DNA of 64,000 nucleotides from Selaginella moellendorffii (Eukaryota > Plantae > Lycopodiophyta): positions 547,296-611,295 of the forward strand of contig NW_003314336.1 of assembly GCF_000143415.4 (NCBI RefSeq), read 5' to 3'. The translations under genes were made by a program, and so were the position numbers. The notes beneath the pieces were generated by a model. It did not search any database. It was not told where the DNA came from and was given only the letters and a program-made list of their open reading frames with translations. Of the stretch, positions 48,001 through 59,109 are shown piece by piece; within the stretch, counting starts at the first letter, position 1; each line of letters opens with the position of its first letter.

Positions 48001-49570
48001 ATCTATCTTGGTGAACTAACAACTTCTCCTCAAATGATTCAAGAGATTAGTAGTGTGAGGAAGAGGGTATAAATTCAAGATCATCACTTTGTTTAATAAA
48101 CGATAATCAATGCAAAAACAAATACTCCCATCAGGCTTCGTCACAAAATGAGGTTCACATGCCCAAGGACTCTGTGACTTTCAAATAACACCTTTCTCCA
48201 ACATCTCCTTGACATTTGTACGTAAAATCTTGATCTCTTTGGGTGATTGACGACAAACAGTAACTTTGATTGGACAAGCATCCTAGGTTGGAATCAAATG
48301 ATGTGTAGCAATCTTGGCCCCAGATGATAGATATATTCAAAGAAATTAGTATACTCCTGCATGAGCCGGTCAACTGCTGTAACACAAATACTATCGAAGG
48401 GATTAGAAAGGGGGAGAGTAGAATAAGATAAAAACATAAAAGGAAGTAGTGGGAAGACAAAAGTAATGGAAGCAGAGGTAAAAGCAAAGGGACAAAAAGG
48501 TACGAAAGTGAGAGGAATATATGAAATATAAAGAAGTATGAGATAAGGGGGAGAAGCCTCAAAGTCACACTTGGCATGATTATGCTGCAACCAATCCATA
48601 CCAAGGATGAGGTTAAAATCTTGACTCGGAATTACCCATAATGATTGCAACTCAAGCTCGAGATCACCCATATATACAACTAAGTCTACCTCGTCCCGTG
48701 CACATGTATGTGTATAGCCGTTGCCATAAAGAATGAAAACTGGCTCCACTGCATGATGCAAGTGTAGATGGCAATATGTGGCAACAGGTCGAGCAATAAA
48801 AGATAAACTCAAACCTATATCAACTAATAGGGAGAGAATAATAAGAGACCTCTTATTACAAAAACAAGCTTAGAGAATAAACATTGAATGAACTGGTGCC
48901 AAATGAACCCCTTAATAATACTTCTGAAAGAAAGGTAGAGGGGTCATTGATTTATTCATGCAAGATCCTTCTATTACTCGCACGACTACTTGTTTCCCAA
49001 ATATATCTTAGTATCTAAACCTTCCACTGCAGCAGCACTAACATGACATTGTTGACACTAAGGTCTGCACGCAGGAAATAGAGGTTGCCAATCCGAAAAA
49101 TACTGACAATGCCGATAAATGTGACCAACTTCATCATACACCTAGCAGCGAACATCACGGCCATAACCATGTCCTCACCCTTGCCCTTGGACTCGAGTTG
49201 CAACAACATCAACCTCCATTAGAACAAGACCATCACCTATAGGAAGTGGAGTTGAAGGACGTGTAGTGAGAAGTGGAAGAGACGACGTCTTGTAACATTG
49301 TGCCAAGCGAAGAACATCGGCAAGGGTGGCTGGAGCAAGTGCCTGCACAAGTCTAACAAGATCTTGATGAAGTGCTGGCCACAACATTTTTAGCTTGATT
49401 TGCTCTGATATATTTGGCTCTGCACAAAGCAAGAGGCTTCGAAAACAATTGCCAAATTGCATCACCAACTTGGATGGCCCTTGACAAAGATGATGCAATT
49501 GTTGGAAGGCATTATCATAATTATTGGTATGTTTGAATGCATGTTTGAAGACATTCAAGAGAACACACTA
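45060..49570 (-). mobile_element. Degenerate Gypsy gag-pol (family of 59110-63610), with small internal tandem duplications
   Basis: gag KLKMLWPALHQDL, protease ILGMDWL, RT, RNase H LHVDASDIGLGG and integrase ILSDNGPAF align with the plus-strand copy; duplications ~46200-46390 and ~47760-48010. Confidence 0.92.
47103..47651 (+). mobile_element. Complete Cassandra-like TRIM inserted in the Gypsy RT
   Basis: 5' LTR 47103-47295 (TGTAAG...CTTACA, 5S domain); PBS TGGTATCAGAG 47298-47308; ~235-bp interior; internally deleted 3' LTR 47530-47651; near-TSD CTCTC/CTCCC. Confidence 0.88.
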
Positions 49571-49571
49571 A

Positions 49572-51085
49572 TGTAAGCCATAAATTTTTCTTTTCCAATT
49601 TATCAGCTTACCTCGCCTATCCGACCAACACTGCCTTGGCTTTAGCTAAGTTCCCATGCTAAGGTTCCCGCCTATGGTACCAACTCCTACTTGGTCCTAC
49701 TTGGTTTCAACTACTCACTGCATGAGCAACGGAGCATTAGCAATCCATCCATGGATTCCCCAAATCTCTCCCAATCCCCCTCCTCAGGTTAGACTAGACT
49801 TAAGGTTCGGCTACACTCCCCACAGGCACAAGCAGTTAAGCATACCAAGCCTCCAGGTTCCTAACATCCCTTGGTACCACAAGACTTGATCATGGGACCC
49901 TCTAAATCCCAAGCCTTGGACTCGGTCTCGGATCCGATTTGGATCTCAGACTTTGTTTCGAACTCAGTCTCGAACTCGATCTCTGATTTGGCCTCGGACT
50001 CGATCCCGGACTCTATCTCGAACTCAGTCTCAGAGTCGGTCTTGGACTCAATCTCAGACTCAGTCCCATCCGATGAACTCTTTGTCATTTCAGTCATGCT
50101 TTCGGGGATCCTTTAGCCTATGATACCTCGGGGAGTTGGTTCCTTACAACTCCACCACCCATAGAAGAAGTTTGATGCCCATATTGAACATCTGTTTTTA
50201 TCCTACGACTTGTTGACCATGTCTCCAGGGGCATCCCCCCACTTAGCGGTGTGCCTAAGTTAGCCTCCCCGGTTAAGAGCCCATGACAATGGAATATAGG
50301 TGTCCCTATACCCCTCACCTCACCATGCCCTAGTATGGGGTTGAGATTTGAACCCAGCCTTGCTTTACTAGGGGGTTGGGACTCAAACCCAACCTCTATA
50401 GAATATGTCTACGGATTCGACATCCCCGCAGGGAGTCAGGTGTACGCCTGGTCGACCTAGCTAACCCATGCTAATTAGCTTACCTTCGGCATGCCTTCGG
50501 GTCCCAACATATGCCATTGCTCAATTTCACAAATTGATACTTTAATTGAACCTTGCATAAGTACATAGAGTTCTACTTTGCAGAAATTCCTCCACTAGAT
50601 CTCGCGCATTCTCTAGGTTCTCTTTTGGTTCCCATGTTGCTTCGCAATGAGAAAATCCTTTCCACTTCACATGGAACTCTCTCACTTCGTGTCTTTGTCA
50701 CTTGCTCTTGCGCGCATTGAGGATGGCCTCCACTTCGTATTTCTCTTCCCCTTGGATAACCTCAGGTAAAGGTCTCACTTGGTCTTTGCGAAGCGGATCC
50801 TCAAAGTACGGCTTGAGTAGGTTTACATGGAACACTGGGTGCATCTTCCCCATCTCTTAAGGAAGTCACAGGTGGTAAGCCACTTTACCGATTCATGCCT
50901 CAATCTCGTAAGGCCCCACGAACTTGCTTAAAGAACTCAAGATCAGTTCACTTCTAGGAATACATGCATGTTACCTTTGGGTCAACTTCCGGCTAATCCC
51001 ACTTGGTAGCCTTAGGTTCTTGGTGTTTAGCCACACCTTTTCCCCAGGTTGGAACTCTACATACCGACGCTTCTAATTCGCATAC
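49572..51085 (-). mobile_element. 3' end of a chromoviral Gypsy element related to family D
   Basis: YAN*KRRYVEFQPGEKVWL, HPVFHVNLLKPY and chromodomain VKWKGFSHCEATWEP; D-like 3' UTR; 577-bp LTR 49572-50148 (TGTAAG...CTTACA) with a degenerate 6/12-bp array. Confidence 0.8.
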
Positions 51086-51341
51086 AAGCTCTATTTCGTT
51101 AAAGTGGGATTTATTCAGTAAAATGGGACTAGGTACAAATTTTCAAGTATTTGAAAATGACGTGAAATTATATGTTTTTTGTCCAGGGGCTAGACATATC
51201 TAGGGCATGGTGACTAGCGCGGTGACTTTGTGTCCAAACTGAGTCCATCTGGTTGTATAATAAATCTCATTGTCAAGGTGAACAAGCCGAATCTGAAGCT
51301 AAAGAAGAGCGATGGCATGCGCGCACACACTATTTGTTTGT

Positions 51342-52912
51342 TCATTGAGCGTGTGGTGAGCTTTCCAAGATGAACGTCATTCCTAACCCTACAATCTGAC
51401 GGCCAACATATTCACTGGGATGGCATGGGGCCCCACACGATACTGCAAGCCTTTGCTCCTCCTCCAGCTGAACCCTGTATGGGGTTCGATCGACAAGGGC
51501 CTTATGCAAGGGTTGGCCGTTCAGCTCAGTTTGCGCACTTTGCAGAGACCTTAAGTGTTTTGCTAGGGACGCAATCATCATGTTTGCACCCCCGCCACCC
51601 CATAGAGGTACAAAGAAGTTCCCATAGTTCTGGGCACCATGCCCATGAGCGATTATGCCAAACAGAGACACAGGCAGCTGCATGGATGAAGAGATTGCCT
51701 TGGGGGCAGGATTGAGTCGAGGTAAGCACGTCTTTTTCTAGTCCATTTTGTCGTGGATGATGCAAAGGTAAGAGTCAGGTCTCTCCATGGAGAGAATCTT
51801 GTTATGATAATATGCAGTCCTGCAGCTTCTCTGCTCGATGTTGTGGTCGAGCCGCCTTCTAACCAACGTCTCTCGCTCTTGAGCGCTGCAAGAATTCTTC
51901 GACAAAGCCATTTTGATAGCAGTGCACTCGTCACACTTTGAAAAACTGGAGTACTTTCCTATACTCACATCCCTGAACCTGTTGCTCCACAATCTACTAA
52001 ATCTAGATTGGCTCAGCTTCCTGTAGCCATTACTCTGGAGTTCCCGATTCACATATTCCAATATGGCCCCCTTGGTATACATGGAAGGGAGAACTCGTTG
52101 GGTGTCTCATGTGGTTGCTGCTCGCTACATGTCTCGACAAACCTCTTGAAGATTGCCTCTCCATATACAACATGACCCCTGGTTTTGTGAGTACCGTCGT
52201 TCCCATGGACTGCCTGTTGAACCCTTTGTTCCTCGAACTCAGTTTTGATTCTGTAGAATGTGGTTCGAGGGACTCCATAAATGATTCTCCATGCCTTCAT
52301 GCAGACCAAACCCCTTTGGAAGACCATGCCCCCCACCTGATGTTCTGAAGCATCAACAGATGACCGTAATGCCTCATACACAAAATTGCGAGCTGCCTTC
52401 CAGGACAATGTCTTGTATCTTGCTCTCTCCTCTTCAATAGCATCCCAATCAACATGTTGACAGCACCTCCTCTTGCAACAAGCAACTGTCGAGACCATTC
52501 GAACCTCCATCGCCATTTTCTGCCTTTTCGGTTCGTTGCTCAGATCCCTTTGGCTGCGCTTTAGGAAGGTGTACTTTCTTTTCCCATGAAGAGATGTTCT
52601 ATCATTAGTTGTAGTGGTGTTTGATTGTGAATCCTTCACATTCTCAAACACTAAGTGCCTCAATTTCCACCGCACAATGCTTCCAATAGTCAGACTGTTT
52701 TCTTCTGTGTCAACAACCTCTAAAATCGCAACTCCAATATCATCCCAGCCCAATTCTTGATTAGCAACCGCATCTCTTGGATCGACAATTGTGGCTAAGC
52801 CCTCAGCTACCACCTCCCCCTCGGGGTTGTTTAGAAACACCTTTGCCTGAATCCATGTAGCATGGTTCTTAAGATCCACGGAGGGAACATGCGTCGCACT
52901 TGCAGAGGCCAT
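51342..52912 (-). pseudogene. Sola1/DUF7869-like DDE transposase, frameshifted and truncated
   Basis: CC..CC, VC..AW..IYG, FSKCDEC, H...Q...R..YY, YLCIIHDKMD*KKT.LP, L.G.IAHG and GANM.I motifs; frameshift ~52070; in-frame stop at 51738; C-terminal DNC/GHTH region absent. Confidence 0.7.
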
Positions 52913-55900
52913 TCTGAAAGTGCAGAAAAGAAGTTAAGACCATACAAAAAGTGATTGGAGAATGGCCTAAATCATAACATACCAAACAACCTCAATAGCA
53001 TGAGGCCACATGCCATTATTCAAACATGCTATTGACACCCACGTGAAATTTCGCATTCACAAAATTGGCATGAGGCCTCATGCCATCTTGATAAACACAC
53101 AGCTGCAGGCAAGTAAAAACATACATGACAATACGCTAGCCATGAAATTGCAAGGGCCCAAGATGGCATGTGGCCTCATGCCATTTCTAAATGTGGTCCT
53201 AAGCCATTCCATGGTGAACATACCAAGAAGCACAAGTGCCGAATATCAAGAGGAAGCGGTAGCCACACCAAAGACAGTGCCGCTTGCAACACCGCAACTA
53301 CTCGTAGCGCCGCTCGCAACACCGCAACTGCTCGTAGCGCCGCTCGCACAAACTGCCACTCGCATAAACTGCCGCTCGCAATGGCGCTCGCAATGCTGCA
53401 ACCGCTCGTAGACGCATAAACCACAGCTCACAACGCCGCTTACACAAGCAGCGCTCACTGCGCTCAGCGGAACCAAGAACATGGCGCACAAAAATGATAG
53501 ACCTAGGAATGAGTTCGAGAATTCAAAAATAACACACGCTTGAACGTCACATCAAATCCTCTGACAAACCAGATCTTATGATTCCTTTGACAAATTTCAA
53601 ATTGAGTAGCTTCTAGACTTTGCTGTCGGACGTTGAACTTTGTCACATCATGTCCTTGCCTCGATCCAGCTGTGCCATGTCAGTGATTCGAACTTTGCCA
53701 TGCCATGTCAGCGATCCGCGCCAAGATTATTCGCCGTGTAAAGGAATAATTATGCTATGTGTGTACGTCCATTTATGGCAATATAAGGCCACATGCCATT
53801 CAAAGAATAATGCTAGTCGAGCATTTTTTAGTGCATTTTTGGGTTCAAAATTGCATGAGCCCACATAAAGTTTACCTGTACCAAAAATAGAAACAACTTT
53901 ATTTACTTGGGAATTTAAGTGGTTGAGGCATTTTTAAACTTACAAACACATGCCCTACTTACATTCCTTTGGTTGCTTAAAATTCAAAAATATTATAAAT
54001 CTTTCTTTTTGCATTTTCAATGTTTTCAATTATGGTTTTTGATTTTCGCAGGACCAGCCTAGTAATCTATTTGCATCCCGTCATGTTTATAGCTAGCTTT
54101 CGTTTGTCCCCTTCGCTAGCCTGAGATACATCTGCTTGGCATCTGCCTCTTACAGCATTTGCCCAGAAAGGGCATCTTTCTTCACGCAGCATTTGCCACA
54201 TGTTTAGGGTTTAGGGTTTAGCAATTTAGTAGCTTGATAAACATGCAAATACAGAACTTGATGCAAAATCCTTTGATATGTCACAATGCCCCTAGGACCA
54301 TAAACACATTTCAATAGAGAGGGTCCTTTCATTTCATAACTCCTTACGTAGATCTTGGTGAAACCAGAGTTAGTGAAGTTAGTTTCTTGTGATCCCGCAT
54401 CTGATTGTGATGTCCCTTTGCAGTGTCGATGGATAGGTCAATGCACACCAAACTGTAAAATCTTGGAGCAAAATAACGGTCGGATCTATGGCAAATGCCC
54501 CTGAAACATTGTAAGGCTCGTGTGGTCTTATGTGGTGTCCGATCGAGATGCTTCTTTGCAGGGTCATCAAGAAAGACATTGTATACTATTCTGTAAAATC
54601 TAGTTGCGATCTAACGGTTGGATCTCCAGAAAACTTAAAAAAATCTCGCGCGTGTCAGAATATTCTAGGAATATACTCCTATGTGCCCCTTAAAATGGCA
54701 TGCGGCCCCATGCCATTTAATGCCAGATGACGCCGAGCATTTTTTGGTGCATTTTTTGGGATCAAAATTGCATGAGCCCACACGCTTGAACGTCACATCA
54801 AATCCTCTGACAAACCAGATCTTATTATTCCTCTGACAAATTTCAAACTGAGTAGCTTCTAGACTTTGCTGTCAGACGTTGAACTTTGTCACGTCATGTC
54901 CTTGCCTCGATCCAGCTGTGCCATGTCAGTGATTTGAACTTTGCCATGCCATGTCAGCGATCCGCGCCAAGATTATTCGCTGTGTAACTGCTCGGCATCT
55001 GCCTCTTACAGCATTTGCCCAGAAAGGGCATCTTTCTTCACGCAGCATTTGCCACATATTTAGGGAGGGTTTAGGTTTAGCAATTCAGTAGCTTGATAAA
55101 CATGCAAATACAAAACTTGATGCAAAATCCTTTGATATGTCACAATGCCCCTAGGACCATAAACACATTTCAATAGAGAGGGTCCTTTCATTTCATAACT
55201 CCTTACGTAGATCTTGGTGAAACCAGAGTTAGTGAAGTTGGTTTCTTGTGATCCCGCATCTGATTGTGATGTCCCTTTGCAGTGTCGATGGAAAGGTCAA
55301 TGCACACCAAACTGTAAAATCTTGGAGCAAAATAACGGTCGGATCTATGGCAAATGCCCCTGAAACATTGTAAGGCTCGTGTGGTCTTATATGGTGTTCG
55401 ATCGAGATGCTTCTTTGCAGGGTCATCAAGAAGGACATTGTATACCATTCTTTATTTAGCTGAACATCTGGCATTTTTGGAAATACAAGATGCTTTGGAA
55501 TATCCAATCATGCATGGTATAAATATAGCGAGGGTATTAAATGATATCCCAATCATGATCTTTCTTTTGGATTTCGCGTGCATGCAGTCCGAGGAATGAT
55601 GACGTTGCGGATTTCTTTTGGATTTCACGTGCATGCATGCGCGCGGCGATCCAGAAATTAATGGTGGCGCCCAAGTCCGAGGAATGATGATGTTGCGGGA
55701 TTAGTGACATTTCGCGCGTGTGAGGTTAGGTTTTGCATTTTGCTTCGTACTCGCGCTCGCACACTCGCGCTCGCATCGCGCTCCCACTCGCGATCACGCT
55801 CACATTCGCGCTCATCTACCTTCTCTACAGGTTTCTCGTGTGCATCGGCGTCCACTTGCGCTTGCATCACACTCGCGCTCGCATCGCGCTCGTGTGCATC

Positions 55901-56326
55901 GGCGTCCACTTCAAGACACACCCAGTTTGTAACTTCGCCGCCAACTCCGCCACCCACACGCAGCCCACTTGGCGTCCCGGGAGATTTCAGTGCCACTCTC
56001 CAACTGTAAGTGGCAGAGTAGCCTTGCTGCTATGATCCGCTGCACACACAGTGCACATTCGCCAGCGAGTCCGGCCTCGATTGTCACGCCTCCATTCGAC
56101 TTCAAATGGTAAGTCTTTTAGGCCAAGTAGAAAATGGCATGAGGCCACATGCCATTCAGTAGCAACATTGGCATGCACCGATTGGGCTCTCGAGTGCAGT
56201 CCGGTTACAGATGGCGTGTAGCCTCATGCCATCTTAGGATGCAGCCTCAAGACATCTGATGCAGTGGTGAATGGCGTGTGGCCTCACGTTATTTCCAGCT
56301 GCTAGCTTTTCATCTGTCAGCTCTAA

Positions 56327-58572
56327 TTGTTGTGCATTTCTGAACATGCGAGGAATTGCGTTCTTTTTCCAGCCACTATCAATGTGGATGCAGAGAAGGG
56401 GGAGGAGCTCACTAGTTGGACTTTCGGGATGGAAGGCGAGGATCTGAGGCTGTACAACACAAATGGTGGGATAAAAGAATGCATGGGGATCCTCATCCAA
56501 GTGACAGACACTCCATGCAGTTCCATGCAAGAATATGGACTGGCACTTGTGGTAGAGATAGCGTCCACCTTCAAGATCCACCTTGCACATCCTAGCGGCT
56601 TCCCGGAGGGGGGCAGCGGCTATGAGGAATTCCTAGAGGGAGCTAGGGAGAGGTTGCATGTGGCATAGCATGTGGCCTCACGCCATTTCCATTGCAGGAA
56701 TTCTCGAGTCTTCTCTCGAAAACACTGGGGGTCAATGACACACTCAACATCCATAACATTCTACTCGCGACAAAAGTTGTTTTTGACAAATGGCTAGATG
56801 TGCTGAGGAGGTATATGAACGGGGAGTTGCTAAAATCAATGGGTGTGGAGGACGGCCGAAAGCCCAATGATTTGAAGCTCAACGCCTTGCGTTTCTCGCA
56901 GTCTCTAGACAACGACGACCTTCTGATAGTGGCTAATGCTCTTCTACGTGGTGAGGTAGTCTTCAACAAGACCAAAATGACTCCCGGCCATATTGTGACA
57001 TACGAGGACTTGTGCACGGCGCTATTGAAGGATTGGATCTTCGAGCAAGTGGCCGTGGGGAGGGTGAGCATCGACACCACGCAAGAGATGATGGAAGAGC
57101 TGGAGTTGTCAAATGAAGACATCGACGAGTACGTGAAGGGGGCCCCCAAGTTCATCGATCTGCTGCGGGATGCCACGAAAAGTAAAGCTGAGAAGTTGGA
57201 TCAGTATCCAGATTTCATTAAGAGGGATGTCGACCGCCGGCTTCAGAAACAGCTCGACCCCGCAGCAGAGGCCTATCGAGAACCTTACCGGGTATACGTG
57301 AATTCGGATGAGGATCAAAGGTGGAGGAGCATCATTTCCCGTGGAGATGAGCAGGTCAAGAACATCTTTTGTGTGATGGACTTCACAAACGAGGAGATCA
57401 CTCATGCAGACGAAGTCAGCTCCATCATTGACTTAATGGTGGGACTTGCGGAGGTGGAATCTTCAGTCCACTATATGATCTACGACTCCGAATCCTATCA
57501 CAAGTTCTGGAAGGCCTTGAACGAGGTGAAGGCTCGGTTGAAAGGCAAGGAGATGCGGGAGATCCATGGGATAATGGCTAAGAAGAAAATACTGACGAAT
57601 GTCCGCATCTTCACACTCACCCTTGTTATTGGTCCTGCAGCAGAGTGGGACTGGAGTGACTTCCCAGCTTCGTTCGACAAGGCCGATCGAATTAATCTGA
57701 AGGAGGTCAATTTACCCGTGCCTGAGGAACTGAAGACGGCTATGGAGCTTTCGAATCCAGAGAAAGCTCCAGGTGCAGCATGGGAAATGCTTAGCTGGGT
57801 CTTCAACGCAATAGCGGGTGGGTCACCTGCTTCCGACTCCAAGGGCAAATGCGTTGTCGAGTACAACTGCGGCGGACTATTCTTTCGAGCCGCACTACTC
57901 AAGGGTGTCCCGTGTGTTGCGGTGACAAACTCCATTGAAGAGGTGACTTCAATGGAGCATATAATTACAGTTGCCAAAGAAAAACAGTATCTTCTCTGCG
58001 AACCTAGTGAGTACGCACTTTAAGTTTAAATGTTATCTCACAAGCTCTATATGCAGGAGCATGGCCACCCCCAGATGCTGAAACGGCGTTAACAGCTACT
58101 ATTGAAGATACCCATGTTAGGCCGAGCTCACAACCTGCACAAGGTAAGGTCACGTGAGGCCTCATGCCATTTTGATTATAGATCGTTGTGAATATTTAGA
58201 CACGAGGACTGAAAAGCGCACTGGTGGCGCGTCGAAGAAGGACCGTATGTTCTGGGGGACCTTGCAAAACGGCTTGGAGCGATGGTGATAGAGAACCGGC
58301 CAGTCCAGGAGGTGGCTGCAGAAATCAACCAAATGGCAGATGGAACGGTATATCAGAAGCCATTTGATCAGACAAACACCAGTCATCATTTATGGCATGT
58401 ATATTGTCTAGCCAAGCACTATCCGCATCTCCATAATCTGCTCAACCAGATGGGTTCTTCGACCACTAAACATGAGCGTGGACGTATTAGAGAAGAGATG
58501 GCATTACTATTGGGTTTAAATCCTAATAGTGTGGAGAGTGATGAAATTCCAAGATTATTGTATAGGCGTTAG
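56327..58572 (+). CDS. Transposon cargo gene of unknown function (multi-exon; 443-aa core ORF 56692-58023)
   Basis: Long open frame with a globular-looking protein sequence, flanked by ORFs 56327-56668 and 58282-58572 and GT-AG sites; exon structure uncertain. Confidence 0.6.
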
Positions 58573-59109
58573 AGGCAAAAAATAACAGTCTGAGATGGCA
58601 TGTATTTATTTAAAAATGTAACTTATTATGGCATGGGGTTCCATGCCATTGTATTAATATTAAAAGACAATTCTTTGAGAGGATTTGCATTATACTAGAA
58701 GTGTTACAGCATGTTATTGGAAGTTTACGAAGTTGTTTTATTAATAAGGGGAAAGTAAAGATTGAATGGGGACTTGGGCTCCACCTAGACTCGGAGCAAC
58801 AGAGCCAATATTAAAAGGATGGAAAGAAATTAGACGACGATGACAAGGAGAAGAGAGAGGTGAAACAGTGGCAGGGGGAGGAAAAGTGATTGAGTAGACA
58901 TTTCCTTGTTTAAAATAAAATGGCATGTGCCTCAATGCAGTTGAATTTTGTTATATTTATATACTATATAAAGGTTTGGAAACCTTATTTTACAAGTGGG
59001 ATAATGACAATTCCCACTTTAACGAAATAGAGCTTTTGTCTAGATCTACCATTTCCTTCTAAGGTTCTTGTCATTTCTCTTCTTTTGCTCTTTCTTTTTC
59101 ATTCATCTT

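Larger units (their letters stand above)
51086..59035. mobile_element. ~8-kb TIR DNA transposon (Sola-like) carrying a transposase and a cargo gene
   Basis: Perfect 24-bp inverted repeats AAGCTCTATTTCGTTAAAGTGGGA at 51086-51109 and 59012-59035 (AGCT may be a 4-bp TSD); internal duplications 53535-54585 vs 54710-55445. Confidence 0.85.

Noticed and set aside
54203-54221. TTTAGGG repeats as an interstitial telomere
   Set aside because: Fewer than three units, inside a transposon duplication
55658-56035. Arg/Glu- or Ser/Arg-rich ORFs (also 53010-53491)
   Set aside because: Low-complexity CTCGCG/CCGCTCGCA repeats open in many frames; the coding frame cannot be assigned
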